DNA of 64,000 bases from Bacteroidales bacterium UBA5206 (GCA_002412705.1 DHVO01000089.1:5636-69635), one strand, 5' to 3'; positions 1-9,633 are shown, numbered from the stretch's first letter. Notes: a model not told the origin generated them from the letters alone. Program-made: numbers and translations.

Positions 1-136
1 CAATAATGGGGTTTGCTCCGGCAGCTAGTAATCCAATAAATACAAATTCTGAACTTAATGGAACTACTGTGGCCGCAAGAAAACTAGCAACAAAAAGTCC
101 GTAGTACCCAAATTCGATAAGTGATTCCAATGGCAA
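1..136 (-). CDS. YqaA/DedA-like (SNARE-associated) membrane protein, N-terminal fragment; the gene runs off the left edge
   Basis: I translated the minus strand from a TTG at 136. It gives LPLESLIEFGYYGLFVASFLAATVVPLSSEFVFIGLLAAGANPII and stays open to position 1. This resembles the conserved N-terminus of YqaA/DedA-type proteins. It is absent from the ORF track because it is truncated. Confidence 0.45.
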   Translation of the reverse strand, partial: MPLESLIEFGYYGLFVASFLAATVVPLSSEFVFIGLLAAGANPII

Positions 137-262
137 TTTTTTTGCAAAAATAGGCGAATTACAATAGGCTACACCATTTTATAAACTACTCAATTTAATA
201 AGAAGTGAACATTAGTCCTTGATATTCGTTTACTTATCTATAAAAAACACACATTAACAATA

Positions 263-757
263 ATGAAACGATTCGTAATTTATATGCTACTTGTTGCGGC
301 TGTAGCCGCATCGTGCACAAGAGGGGAGAGGCCTACAGGTGAACTGGCAGTACCCATTGTTGATTATAGCGGGCTAGAGCCCTATCTTAACAAGAGTAAC
401 GATACTACCTACATTGTTAACTTCTGGGCCACATGGTGTACTCCTTGTGTTGAGGAGCTTCCCTATTTGGAGAAGCTATCGCGCGAGTACTCTAATGGAC
501 CCGTAAAGGTTCTTTTGGTAAACCTCGATTTCCCAAAGTACTACGATTCACGGTTACTCCCTTTTCTTAAGGAGCACGATATTACGGCACAGGTAATTAT
601 GCTTGATGATTCCGATACAAATACATGGATTAATAAGATTAGCCCCGAGTGGCAGGGTTCAATTCCTGCAACTGTTATATACAGGGGAACTAAGCGCCAG
701 TTCTTTGAGCGGGCCTTTACATATGAGGAACTGGTTGAAATTGTAGAAGAGTTTTAA
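263..757 (+). CDS. TlpA-like thioredoxin-fold thiol-disulfide oxidoreductase, probable lipoprotein
   Basis: 164-aa ORF with a signal peptide ending in a lipobox-like AASC. It carries a WATWCTPC CxxC motif in a thioredoxin-fold context. Confidence 0.8.
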   Translation: MKRFVIYMLLVAAVAASCTRGERPTGELAVPIVDYSGLEPYLNKSNDTTYIVNFWATWCTPCVEELPYLEKLSREYSNGPVKVLLVNLDFPKYYDSRLLPFLKEHDITAQVIMLDDSDTNTWINKISPEWQGSIPATVIYRGTKRQFFERAFTYEELVEIVEEF

Positions 758-830
758 TCCAGTCTATGCTTTGTGTTTAACTGCCTTTGTTTCACAATTC
801 ACGTCTCACCCTAACAACAAAAGTTCAAAA

Positions 831-1430
831 ATGAAAACATTACTAATTACGTTAACTATCGCGCTTGCATCGCTATCTGCATTGGCTCAAGGAGTAAAAG
901 TTGGTGATAAAGCGCCCGACTTTAATCTTAAAAATGTTGATGGCAAAATGGTTGCCCTATCCGACTATAAGGACGCCAAGGGTGCTGTGGTAATTTTTAC
1001 CTGTAACCATTGTCCTTATGCTCAAGCGTATGAGCAGCGCATTATCGATTTGCATAAGACCTATGCCGCTAAGGGATATCCTGTAATTGCCATAAATCCT
1101 AACGATCCTGCAGTTCAGCCCCAAGACTCTTATGAACTAATGCAGCAACGGGCTAAGGACAAGGGATACTCATTTGCTTATCTGTTTGATGAAGGGCAAC
1201 TTGTATATCCCAAGTATGGTGCTACCAAAACACCTCACGTTTACCTTATACAAAAAAGGGGTGCCGATTTTATGGTTGAGTACATAGGTACAATAGACGA
1301 TAACTATAAAGATGCTGCCGCAGTGAAGGAGAAATACCTTGCCGATGCTATTGATGCCTTAATAAAAGGCGATAAGCCAACGCTTGTAAACACAAAGGCA
1401 ATTGGCTGTAGTATCAAGGTGAAGAAGTAA
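831..1430 (+). CDS. Secreted thioredoxin-fold (redoxin/AhpC-TSA-like) protein
   Basis: The ORF is 771..1430, but the internal ATG at 831 gives a clean signal peptide (MKTLLITLTIALASLSALAQ). It has a FTCNHCPY CxxC motif and the KTPHVYLI strand typical of thioredoxin-like proteins. Confidence 0.75.
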   Translation: MKTLLITLTIALASLSALAQGVKVGDKAPDFNLKNVDGKMVALSDYKDAKGAVVIFTCNHCPYAQAYEQRIIDLHKTYAAKGYPVIAINPNDPAVQPQDSYELMQQRAKDKGYSFAYLFDEGQLVYPKYGATKTPHVYLIQKRGADFMVEYIGTIDDNYKDAAAVKEKYLADAIDALIKGDKPTLVNTKAIGCSIKVKK

Positions 1431-1442
1431 CTTCTGGATAAT

Positions 1443-1480
1443 AAAAAACAACCGCAAACAGAATTTGCGGTTGTTTTTTT
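1443..1480. terminator. Bidirectional rho-independent terminator between convergent genes
   Basis: Perfect 16-bp arms aaaaaacaaccgcaaa / tttgcggttgtttttt with loop cagaa. A- and T-tracts flank both sides. Confidence 0.75.
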
Positions 1481-1501
1481 GGTAGTATAAAGCTATTAAT
1501 A

Positions 1502-2080
1502 CTAATAGTTTTCGGCTTTTTCTTCAAAGTATGCCGTTGGATGGTCACAAACAGGGCAGTTCTTAAGGGCTTTTTTCCCTTTATGAACGTATCCGCATTT
1601 GCGGCAAACCCACTCAATTTCCTCATCCTTTTCAAAAACCTTGCCCTCTTCAACGTTCTTAAGTAGCTTAAGGTAACGCTCTTCGTGCTCCTTCTCAACC
1701 TTTGCAATCATTTTAAAGGTAGTAGCAATGCGCTTAAAGCCTTCCTGTTCTGCTATTTCGGCAAACATGGGGTAAAGGTCTTCCCACTCTTCGTGCTCGC
1801 CCATTGCAGCCGCTCTTAGGTTATCAGCAGTGGTGCCTATTACACCTGCAGGGTACGATGCGGTAATCTCAACCATTCCCCCTTCAAGGTACTTGAAAAA
1901 AGTTTTTGCATGCATCTCCTCCTGCATGGCTGTTTCCATAAAAAGGGCAGCAATTTGCTCGTAACCCTCTTCCTTTGCAACCTTAGCAAAAAAGGTGTAA
2001 CGATTCTTTGCCTGCGATTCGCCTGCAAAGGCTTTTAGCAGATTCTTCTCAGTTTGAGTTCCTTTTATACTCTTATCCAT
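1502..2080 (-). CDS. rbr: Rubrerythrin
   Basis: 192 aa with an N-terminal ferritin-like four-helix region containing ExxH motifs (EEMHAK, EKEHEE). The C-terminus has a rubredoxin-like CRKCG...CPVCD motif. Confidence 0.9.
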   Translation of the reverse strand: MDKSIKGTQTEKNLLKAFAGESQAKNRYTFFAKVAKEEGYEQIAALFMETAMQEEMHAKTFFKYLEGGMVEITASYPAGVIGTTADNLRAAAMGEHEEWEDLYPMFAEIAEQEGFKRIATTFKMIAKVEKEHEERYLKLLKNVEEGKVFEKDEEIEWVCRKCGYVHKGKKALKNCPVCDHPTAYFEEKAENY

Positions 2081-2383
2081 GGTGTTTAATTTTTGGGGTA
2101 ATGAAGCTTAAAGATAGGTAAATTAGATACGCATTATGCTCTAGCTAATCTATTTAGACTTTCTCTATTTTAGCTGAGCATTAGGCTTTTCTTATGGATT
2201 TTATGCCGATTGTAGAATCTTATTCTAGCAATGCGTTGCGAACCCAATGGGTTTAAATCTGTTTTTTAGTTTGTTCCTAGTTCTGAAACAAAAGCTAATG
2301 TATGTTGAATGCTTTTGACCATGCTTTGAAATCCACTACATTAGCCTTGTAAATACAAATTGTACCATAAATAAGAGCAGTTT

Positions 2384-3070
2384 ATGAATAAACTTATTGT
2401 ATCATTATCCTTCCTGCTAGTATCGTCTCTATCGTTGGCACAGCAGTGGGTTTTTGAAAAGCCTAACTATGCTGATATCGAAAAAAATATCGCACTTCAG
2501 GGTAGTAACCTCTTTTATTCCAATCTTATGGCGCGGTTTAACCTTGCCGATACCACAATGTCGCTGGAGGAGAAGCGCCACCTTTACTATGGCTACACTT
2601 TCCACTCCAATTACTCGCCTTATGGTAGCTCTACCTATCGCGATAGCGTGAGCGCAATTTACAGAAAGGACTCCCTGGTTGCAGCCGATTACCGGCTTAT
2701 GATTGCATTCTGCGATTCCATGCTACAGGCTAACCCCTTCGATTTTCAAGCGCTTGGGTCAAAGGTTTATGCCTACGACCAGCAGGGCGATACTACAAAA
2801 GCGTTTGAGAACCTAAAGCGAATGAGTTTTATTGTTGATGCCATAGTAAGCTCTGGTGATGGGGTTTCCAAAGAGACGGCTTTTTATGTGATTCAAACCT
2901 CGCATGAGTACTTCTTGCTTGATATTCTCGGCTTTCAGTTTGGTGGTTCGCAAAGCCTAATTGGTCACTACGACTACCTTACTGTGCAACCTAACGAGGC
3001 TGATATAGAGGGCGTTTACTTTGACGTGAGTCCATGCCTGAGCTCCTTGTCGAAACAAATGGAAAAGTAG
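2384..3070 (+). CDS. Secreted hypothetical protein (possibly DUF4919-like)
   Basis: 228-aa ORF with a signal peptide (LSFLLVSSLSLAQQ). I recognise no catalytic motif. The family guess is from memory only. Confidence 0.5.
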   Translation: MNKLIVSLSFLLVSSLSLAQQWVFEKPNYADIEKNIALQGSNLFYSNLMARFNLADTTMSLEEKRHLYYGYTFHSNYSPYGSSTYRDSVSAIYRKDSLVAADYRLMIAFCDSMLQANPFDFQALGSKVYAYDQQGDTTKAFENLKRMSFIVDAIVSSGDGVSKETAFYVIQTSHEYFLLDILGFQFGGSQSLIGHYDYLTVQPNEADIEGVYFDVSPCLSSLSKQMEK

Positions 3071-3137
3071 TTGCCTTTGGTACATCGCTGCGCTTAACTT
3101 GTTTAGTATTGCTAACCATTTTCTAAACTTTTTTGGT

Positions 3138-3701
3138 ATGATGCAGAACAGAGAGCTATTACCCGATAGCAGCAATACGTTAATTGCCTTGCTGCAGAAG
3201 CGTTTTCAGAGCAATATGCACCGCCATAGTGTACTTGTGTGGCCTGATATTGTGGTTAAACTACAAGCTAATTCGGAAAAGCTTTGGTCGCTTAACCAGA
3301 TGGAGCAAACTGGCGGTGAGCCAGATGTTGTTGGTTTTGATACACAAACAGGTGAGTTCCTCTTTTGCGATTGTTCCAAGGAATCCCCTAAGGGCCGAAG
3401 AAGCCTTTGCTACGATGACCAGGCTTTGAACGATCGAAAGGAAAATAAACCTGCAGGCAGCGCAAAGGCAATGGCTGCAAGTATGGGCGTTGAGCTACTT
3501 ACAGAGCATCAGTATAGAGAGCTGCAGCAGTTGGAGCCGTTTGATGCCAAAACATCAAGTTGGATAGAAACCCCTAGTGAGGTAAGGACGCTTGGTGGCG
3601 CTCTATTTGGCGATTATCGTTACGGACGGGTTTTTATTTACCATAACGGAGCCGCATCGTACTACGCAGTTAGGGGGTTTAGGGCGATGTTGCGGGTATA
3701 G
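3138..3701 (+). CDS. DUF4256-like protein
   Basis: The ORF is 3099..3701, and the ATG pair at 3138/3141 is the likely start. The conserved stretch EQTGGEPDVVGFD...FCDCS...GRRSLCYD resembles DUF4256 family proteins. Confidence 0.55.
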   Translation: MMQNRELLPDSSNTLIALLQKRFQSNMHRHSVLVWPDIVVKLQANSEKLWSLNQMEQTGGEPDVVGFDTQTGEFLFCDCSKESPKGRRSLCYDDQALNDRKENKPAGSAKAMAASMGVELLTEHQYRELQQLEPFDAKTSSWIETPSEVRTLGGALFGDYRYGRVFIYHNGAASYYAVRGFRAMLRV

Positions 3702-3755
3702 CTTTGGTGTGTGTTAATTAACAAAATACCCTGAAGCATTTGAAATATTACAGAT

Positions 3756-4613
3756 ATGACAAAAGAAAAAATATTATTAGCAGGAGCTACTGGATATTTA
3801 GGTCGATTCATAACACAGGAATTGATTGACAGAGGCTATGAAACGAGAATTATAGTTCGCAACAAAGAAAAAGTAAAACTAAGTTCGCTAGATATTGAAA
3901 TAGTTGAAGCTCAAATAACGAAACCCGATAATTTGAAAGATGTATGCAAAAATATTGATATTGTAATCAGCACGGTTGGAATTACAAGGCAAAAGGATGG
4001 ATTAACCTATATGGATGTCGATTATCAGGCAAATGCAAACCTGATTAATGAAGCCAAAAAAAGCGGAGTTAAAAAATTCATCTACATATCCGTTTTAAAT
4101 GGAGAGAAACTTAGGAACCTGAAAATTTGTGAGGCAAAAGAAAAATTAGGAGATTATTTAAAATCTTCTGGATTAAATTATTGCATAATTCGACCAAATG
4201 GATTTTTCTCTGATATGGCAGATTTTCTTAAAATGGCGAGAGGAGGAAAAGTTTACTTGTTCGGAGACGGAAAATTAAAACTAAATCCAATTCACGGAAA
4301 AGATTTAGCAAAAGAGGTTGTAAATGCTATCAACCAAGATAAAAAAGAGATTAATATTGGCGGTCCTGATTTGCTTTCTCAAAACGAAATTGCAGTATTG
4401 GCATTGAAAGCTTATGGAAAGAAAATTAAGATTATTCATTTGCCTGATTGGATAAGGCAATTTGCTCTTTGGAGTGTTAGGACATTTACGAGTTCAAAAA
4501 CGTATGGTTCGATTGAATTTTTTATGACAACTATGGTTATGGATATGACTGCTCCACTATTTGGAGAAGAGAAATTAGAAAATTTTTTCAATAACGAAGC
4601 TAAAAATAAATAA
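3756..4613 (+). CDS. NAD(P)-binding NmrA/atypical-SDR family oxidoreductase
   Basis: 285 aa with an N-terminal Rossmann motif LLAGATGYLGRF. The length and layout fit an NmrA-like protein. The gene is visibly AT-richer than its neighbours. Confidence 0.8.
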   Translation: MTKEKILLAGATGYLGRFITQELIDRGYETRIIVRNKEKVKLSSLDIEIVEAQITKPDNLKDVCKNIDIVISTVGITRQKDGLTYMDVDYQANANLINEAKKSGVKKFIYISVLNGEKLRNLKICEAKEKLGDYLKSSGLNYCIIRPNGFFSDMADFLKMARGGKVYLFGDGKLKLNPIHGKDLAKEVVNAINQDKKEINIGGPDLLSQNEIAVLALKAYGKKIKIIHLPDWIRQFALWSVRTFTSSKTYGSIEFFMTTMVMDMTAPLFGEEKLENFFNNEAKNK

Positions 4614-4776
4614 AAACGGCACACAGTATACAGTGATAATTGTTTGATAATCATGTGTATGTGAAGTGTTAGTTCTCGAGTCAACTTTTTCCTAGCAGAT
4701 AGGAAAGAAGCCCGAAAACCTAACCGTTTCCTATTGTAAAACGGTTTACCGTGTTTTGCTAATTGCTTTTAATTTG

Positions 4777-5958
4777 ATGTTAATGAAGGGGATAACTCGT
4801 GCCGTTTGGGTGTTGTCTGTTATTAGCTTGCTTACCGATACTGCCAGTGAGATGCTATACCCAGTAATGCCTATCTACTTAAAATCCATTGGCTTTACTG
4901 TGGTTCTAATTGGAGTGCTAGAGGGGCTTGCTGAGGCAACAGCAGGGCTAAGCAAGGGGTACTTTGGTAAACTCTCTGATACCGCAGGGAAGCGGGTTCC
5001 CTTTGTGCAAGTGGGCTACTCGCTAAGTGCCATATCAAAGCCTCTAATGGCATTTTTTATTTACCCTCTGTGGATATTCTTTGCAAGAACAATTGATAGG
5101 TTTGGCAAAGGAATAAGAACTGGTGCAAGGGATGCAATCCTTTCTAGCGAGGCAACTCCAGCAACAAAGGGGCGCGTATTTGGATTTCACCGATCAATGG
5201 ATACCCTTGGAGCTGTTCTTGGCCCTTCTTTGGCGTTGGTTTACCTCTACTATTTCCCCGATGACTACAGAACCCTTTTTCTTGTTGCATTCTTCCCTGG
5301 ACTGCTTGCCATTGCTGCATCTTTCCTACTAAAGGAAAAGCCTAGCCAGCAGACCAATGTTAAGCCCCCGGTTAAGTTCTTCTCTTTTATCGGCTACTGG
5401 AAGGAGAGCCCTGTGGCCTATAAAAAGTTGCTGGTAGGATTACTGGTCTTTACCCTATTCAATAGTTCCGATGTTTTTCTGTTGCTAAAGGCTAAGGATG
5501 CAGGTTTAAGTGATGCCGCTGTAATTGGGGTTTATATTTTCTACAACCTCATTTACGCATTGTTCTCATATCCTATCGGGATTTTAGCCGATAGGGTAGG
5601 GCTTAAATCAATTCTTATATCAGGCCTAATTGCCTTTGCCACGGTATATTTTGGTATGGCGTTTTGTTCGGGGATGTATGTTTACCTCGGCTTGTTCTTT
5701 GTTTATGGCGTTTATGCCGCTGCAACCGAGGGTGTATCAAAGGCTTGGATATCGAATATTATTAGTAAAAATTATACTGCCACAGCAATAGGAACCTTTG
5801 CTGGGCTGCAAAGTGTTTGTGCCTTGATGGCGAGTTCGTTAACTGGCCTTGTTTGGTTCGTTTTTGGGGCAACAACCGCTTTTGTGCTTACTGCTGCTGT
5901 AACGCTACTTGTATGCATTTATCTGTTTGTTTACGTGCCAAAACCTAGTTGTTCCTAA
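4777..5958 (+). CDS. MFS transporter
   Basis: The ORF is 4756..5958 and the first ATG is at 4777. It has about 12 hydrophobic segments and an MFS-like loop motif DRFGKGIRTGARD between TM2 and TM3. Confidence 0.75.
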   Translation: MLMKGITRAVWVLSVISLLTDTASEMLYPVMPIYLKSIGFTVVLIGVLEGLAEATAGLSKGYFGKLSDTAGKRVPFVQVGYSLSAISKPLMAFFIYPLWIFFARTIDRFGKGIRTGARDAILSSEATPATKGRVFGFHRSMDTLGAVLGPSLALVYLYYFPDDYRTLFLVAFFPGLLAIAASFLLKEKPSQQTNVKPPVKFFSFIGYWKESPVAYKKLLVGLLVFTLFNSSDVFLLLKAKDAGLSDAAVIGVYIFYNLIYALFSYPIGILADRVGLKSILISGLIAFATVYFGMAFCSGMYVYLGLFFVYGVYAAATEGVSKAWISNIISKNYTATAIGTFAGLQSVCALMASSLTGLVWFVFGATTAFVLTAAVTLLVCIYLFVYVPKPSCS

Positions 5959-6089
5959 TTTTAGTAATTCGTTTTTAATGTACTGACATTTAATGTTATA
6001 TGTTGATGTTATTATAATGGTAATTTATAACATAAATTCCCTCTGATTTAGAGCGTAAACAGAATTACTTCTTTATCTATCTTTGCCGC

Positions 6090-6704
6090 ATGATTCAAGA
6101 TTTTTCATATCTCTACGCCCTGGATTTACTGGGAACCTTTGTTTTTGCCATCAGCGGTTTTTTAACTGCTTCCGACAAGAAGTTCGACCTTTTTGGCGCG
6201 GCAGTTATCTCTCTGGTTACGGCTTTAGGCGGGGGAACCATTCGCGATATGCTCATTGGTAGTCACCCGGTGGGGTGGATGATTAATGCCAACTACCTTT
6301 ATGCCGTACTTGGTGGAATTGTGGCTAGTATTCTTTTTAAAAGGCATATAGAGCGGTTGCGCCGCACCCTTTTCCTTTTCGACTCCATTGGGATTGGCAT
6401 TTTCACCGTGGTTGGCTTGCAAAAGACTCTGGGTTACGATGTTTCTCCGTTCATTGCAGCCATAATGGGAACTACTTCCGCCGTATTTGGCGGTGTTGTT
6501 CGCGATATTCTCTCTGGCGAGGTTCCCCTTATTTTCCGAAAGGAGATTTACGCAACGGCTTGTTTTGTTGGTGGGCTATTCTATCTATTCCTGTGCTGGT
6601 TGGGCATTGGAACCGATTGGTCTGCAAGTATCACCGTGCTACTTATCATCGGAATTCGCCTTTTGTCGGTTCATTTCAAGTGGTCGCTACCTCGCATGGG
6701 GTAA
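6090..6704 (+). CDS. Trimeric intracellular cation channel (UPF0126, YadS/YicG-like) membrane protein
   Basis: 204 aa with a duplicated UPF0126 signature: GGGTIRD in the first half and FGGVVRD in the second. It has seven hydrophobic segments. Confidence 0.8.
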   Translation: MIQDFSYLYALDLLGTFVFAISGFLTASDKKFDLFGAAVISLVTALGGGTIRDMLIGSHPVGWMINANYLYAVLGGIVASILFKRHIERLRRTLFLFDSIGIGIFTVVGLQKTLGYDVSPFIAAIMGTTSAVFGGVVRDILSGEVPLIFRKEIYATACFVGGLFYLFLCWLGIGTDWSASITVLLIIGIRLLSVHFKWSLPRMG

Positions 6705-6802
6705 GTAAAGGCAGTTTTATACACTTTTTCTCTGATGTGCATTGTACATTAGCCCTTTAACTACGGGCTAAAATCATTACATTTGCGCTCTAATTATCTA
6801 AA

Positions 6803-9316
6803 ATGGATAGTATTTACCCATCGTCTTTTGAATCTAAAGTAGGATTCGACCGCATTCGTGAGCATGTTGCAGGCCTTTGCCTTTGCCCTTTAGGAAGGCG
6901 TAACGCGCAACAGGTACAGTTTATTAGCGATTACCAAACCGTTGTTCGTTTAGTTGATGAAACCAGCGAGATGAAAACCATTCTTCTGATGGAAGATGGC
7001 TTTCCTGTTGATGGTTACGTTGATGCCACTCCCTTTTTGGAGCGCATTAAGCGTGAGGGAACTTACCTTGACGAGACGGAGCTGGTTAATCTTCGCCGCT
7101 CGCTCGATGCCATTCGCGCCCTACTTGCATTCTTCAAAAAGGGCGATGAGCCAAAGTACCCTCGCCTTACCGATTTGGCCAAGCCAGTAGCGTACTTCCC
7201 TTACGTATCGGATAGGATTGATGCTATAATCAACAAGTTTGGCAAGGTAAAGGACAACGCTTCGCCAGAGCTGGCGCAAATCCGCTCATCCATTTCGTCT
7301 ATACAGAACTCCATTTCAAAGCGTATAACCAGCATTCTTAAGAGCGCGCAGTCGGAGGGGATTGTTGAGTCGGATGCATCGCCATCCATCCGCGATGGTC
7401 GTATCGTAATCCCCGTGCTTGCTGCCAATAAGCGCAAGCTTAAGGGGTTGGTACTTGATGAGTCGGCCACAGGTAAAACTGTGTTCATTGAGCCTGTTGA
7501 GGTGGTTGAGATGAATAATGAGCTTCGCGATTTGGAGTATCAGGAGCGCCGCGAGGTTATTCGTATCCTTGTGGAATTTGCCGATAGCATTCGTCCCTAT
7601 CTACCCGATTTGTTGCTATCGTACGAGTTTCTTGGTGCCATTGATTTTATTAGAGCCAAAGCGCTGTTTGCCCTAAATGTAGCTGGTAACAAGCCCATTG
7701 TAAATAGCAAGGCGGGAATCTCACTGCGCAATGCGGTGCATCCGCTCCTAATGTTAGCGCTAAAAAAGGAGGGCAAGTCGGTAGTTCCGCTCACCTTGGA
7801 GCTAAACGATAAGAATCACTTACTGTTGATATCGGGTCCCAACGCAGGAGGAAAATCGGTGTGCTTAAAAACCACTGGTTTAGCGCAGTACATGCTTCAG
7901 TGCGGGTTCCTTCCTCCTGTAACGGAGAATAGCGAGATGGGTATCTTTAACAAGATATTCATTGATATTGGCGATGAGCAGTCCATTGAGAACGATTTAA
8001 GTACATATAGCTCCCACCTTCTCAACATGAAGCACTTCCTTAGGTATGCCGATAGCAAAACCATGGTGCTTATTGATGAGTTTGGCTCGGGTACCGAACC
8101 CGTGGCCGGTGGTGCCATTGCCGAGGCTATTCTTGGCAAGCTTAACGAGGCGGGAACCTTTGGAATTATCACCACGCACTACTCTAATCTAAAGCATTTT
8201 GCCAGCAATTCCGATGGTATTATTAATGGCGCAATGCTTTTTGATAATGTTAAGATTGAGCCGTTCTTCCGCCTAGAGGTGGGAAAGCCGGGCAGCAGCT
8301 TTGCCTTTGAGATTGCCCGTAAAATAGGCCTTCCCGAAGATTTGCTACAGGTTGCATCGAGCAAAACGGGCGACGATTATGTTACCTTCGAAAAACACCT
8401 CCGCGTGATATCGCGCGATAAGCGCTACTGGGAGCAGAAACGGGAAAAGATTCGCCTTACCGATAAGCGCCTTGAGGAGATGGAGCAGAAGCTGGCATCG
8501 GAGCTTAGCGCGCTTAAAACAAAGAAACAGGAGGTAGTGCAGCAGGCAAAGCAAGAGGCGCAGGCGCTACTTGCCGAGACCAACAGGCGCATTGAGAATA
8601 CTATACGCGAGATTCGTGAGGCTGAGGCCGAGAAGGAGCGTACCCGCGAGCTGCGCAGCAACCTTGAGCAGTTTAAGGAGGAGGTTAAGCAGCAGCTAGC
8701 CGATGGTGCCTCCGATGAGGAGATTGAGCGCAAAATGGCTCAGATAAAGGATAGGCAGAAGCGCCGCGATGAGCGTAAAACTAAAACGGGTGAGGTTGAT
8801 GCTAAACCCTCCAAAAAGGGCGCACCTGTTCAGGATGATGAGGATAAGCCCTTGGCGCCTGGCGATAAGGTTAAGCTTGCCGGACAGGATATCCCCGGTG
8901 AGGTTGTAAGCGTTGGGCCAAACACCGCTGTGGTGGGCTTTGGGCAAATGCTCACCACCGTTCAGCTCGATAAGCTTCAGCGCATATCTAGCAACGAGTA
9001 CCGCAAATCGAACAGAGAGGTAAGGCAGCCCCGCACCTCATCAACATACGATATGCACAAGAAGCGGCTAAACTTTAAGTCCGATATCGATATCCGCGGA
9101 TATCGTGCCGATGATGCCATGCTAGAGGTGCAAGAGCTGCTAGATGAGGCGCTTATGCTTGGAATATCTCAGGTGCGTATTCTGCACGGAAAGGGTAATG
9201 GCATTCTTCGTCAGCTAATTAGGGAGTACCTGCAAACCCTTCCCTTCGTATCGTCCTTTGCCGATGAGCGGGTAGATTTGGGTGGAGCCGGAATTACTGT
9301 GGTTAAGCTGGATTAG
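6803..9316 (+). CDS. mutS2: Endonuclease MutS2 (MutS domain V ATPase, coiled coil, Smr domain)
   Basis: 837 aa with a Walker A motif ISGPNAGGKS and DEFGSGTEP. It has a long Glu/Lys/Arg coiled-coil and a C-terminal Smr motif IRGYRADDA...LHGKGNGILR. Confidence 0.92.
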   Translation: MDSIYPSSFESKVGFDRIREHVAGLCLCPLGRRNAQQVQFISDYQTVVRLVDETSEMKTILLMEDGFPVDGYVDATPFLERIKREGTYLDETELVNLRRSLDAIRALLAFFKKGDEPKYPRLTDLAKPVAYFPYVSDRIDAIINKFGKVKDNASPELAQIRSSISSIQNSISKRITSILKSAQSEGIVESDASPSIRDGRIVIPVLAANKRKLKGLVLDESATGKTVFIEPVEVVEMNNELRDLEYQERREVIRILVEFADSIRPYLPDLLLSYEFLGAIDFIRAKALFALNVAGNKPIVNSKAGISLRNAVHPLLMLALKKEGKSVVPLTLELNDKNHLLLISGPNAGGKSVCLKTTGLAQYMLQCGFLPPVTENSEMGIFNKIFIDIGDEQSIENDLSTYSSHLLNMKHFLRYADSKTMVLIDEFGSGTEPVAGGAIAEAILGKLNEAGTFGIITTHYSNLKHFASNSDGIINGAMLFDNVKIEPFFRLEVGKPGSSFAFEIARKIGLPEDLLQVASSKTGDDYVTFEKHLRVISRDKRYWEQKREKIRLTDKRLEEMEQKLASELSALKTKKQEVVQQAKQEAQALLAETNRRIENTIREIREAEAEKERTRELRSNLEQFKEEVKQQLADGASDEEIERKMAQIKDRQKRRDERKTKTGEVDAKPSKKGAPVQDDEDKPLAPGDKVKLAGQDIPGEVVSVGPNTAVVGFGQMLTTVQLDKLQRISSNEYRKSNREVRQPRTSSTYDMHKKRLNFKSDIDIRGYRADDAMLEVQELLDEALMLGISQVRILHGKGNGILRQLIREYLQTLPFVSSFADERVDLGGAGITVVKLD

Positions 9317-9351
9317 GCGGATATTGGTGTTTAGTGCTTAGTGTTTGGATA

Positions 9352-9526
9352 CTAGTGTTTGTTTTTTAGATTTTGGTGTATAGCCTTTATCTTAGTCTAA
9401 AATCTAACGTCTAAAATCTATCTTAATCTTTCACATTTCTAGTGTTTGTTTTTTAGATTTTGGTGTATAGCCTTTCTTAGTCTAACATCTAACGTCTAAA
9501 ATCTAACATCTATCTTAATCTTTCAC
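9352..9526. repeat. Tandem duplication of an ~87-bp unit (2 copies)
   Basis: Copy 1 starts at 9352 and copy 2 at 9439. The first 37 nt are identical (ctagtgtttgttttttagattttggtgtatagccttt). The remainder differs mainly by a 2-nt indel and a 7-nt indel. Confidence 0.85.
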
Positions 9527-9596
9527 GTCTCACGTCTCACCTTACACCTTTCACTTTTCACTTTTCACGTTTCACTTTTCCCGTTTCCCGTTCCAC
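9520..9596. repeat. Heptanucleotide tandem array, 11 units, consensus nTTTCAC
   Basis: Read directly from the sequence: ctttcac gtctcac gtctcac cttacac ctttcac ttttcac ttttcac gtttcac ttttccc gtttccc gttccac. The array ends about 38 nt upstream of the GTG start at 9634. Confidence 0.85.
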
Positions 9597-9633
9597 TCTT
9601 TTTCCTATCTTAGCACTAGCAAAAACATTTACC

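Noticed and set aside
1414-1707. A 97-aa ORF on the minus strand overlapping the 3-prime end of rubrerythrin and the terminator.
   Set aside because: It is out of frame with and overlaps the well-supported rbr gene. Its Arg/Lys-rich low-complexity translation runs through the terminator hairpin.
8425-8733. Antisense ORFs inside mutS2 (8345-8554, 8425-8733, 8696-8947), and similar ones inside recN, coaBC, htrA, gyrB, copA, the TPR gene and the M16 gene.
   Set aside because: They are shadow ORFs opposite strongly supported genes. Their translations are low-complexity (Ser/Cys/Leu/Arg-rich mirrors of Glu/Lys coiled-coil coding sequence) and carry no motifs.
9352-9526. A possible CRISPR array or miniature repeat-spacer structure, suggested by the 87-bp tandem repeat.
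   Set aside because: There are only two directly abutting copies with no unique spacers. The repeats are built from heptads rather than a palindromic CRISPR repeat. No cas genes are in the window.
9330-9597. A replication origin or iteron array, suggested by the phased short repeats.
   Set aside because: I saw no DnaA-box-like TTATCCACA motifs. No dnaA/dnaN or rep gene is nearby. The flanking genes are mutS2 and a biosynthetic operon.
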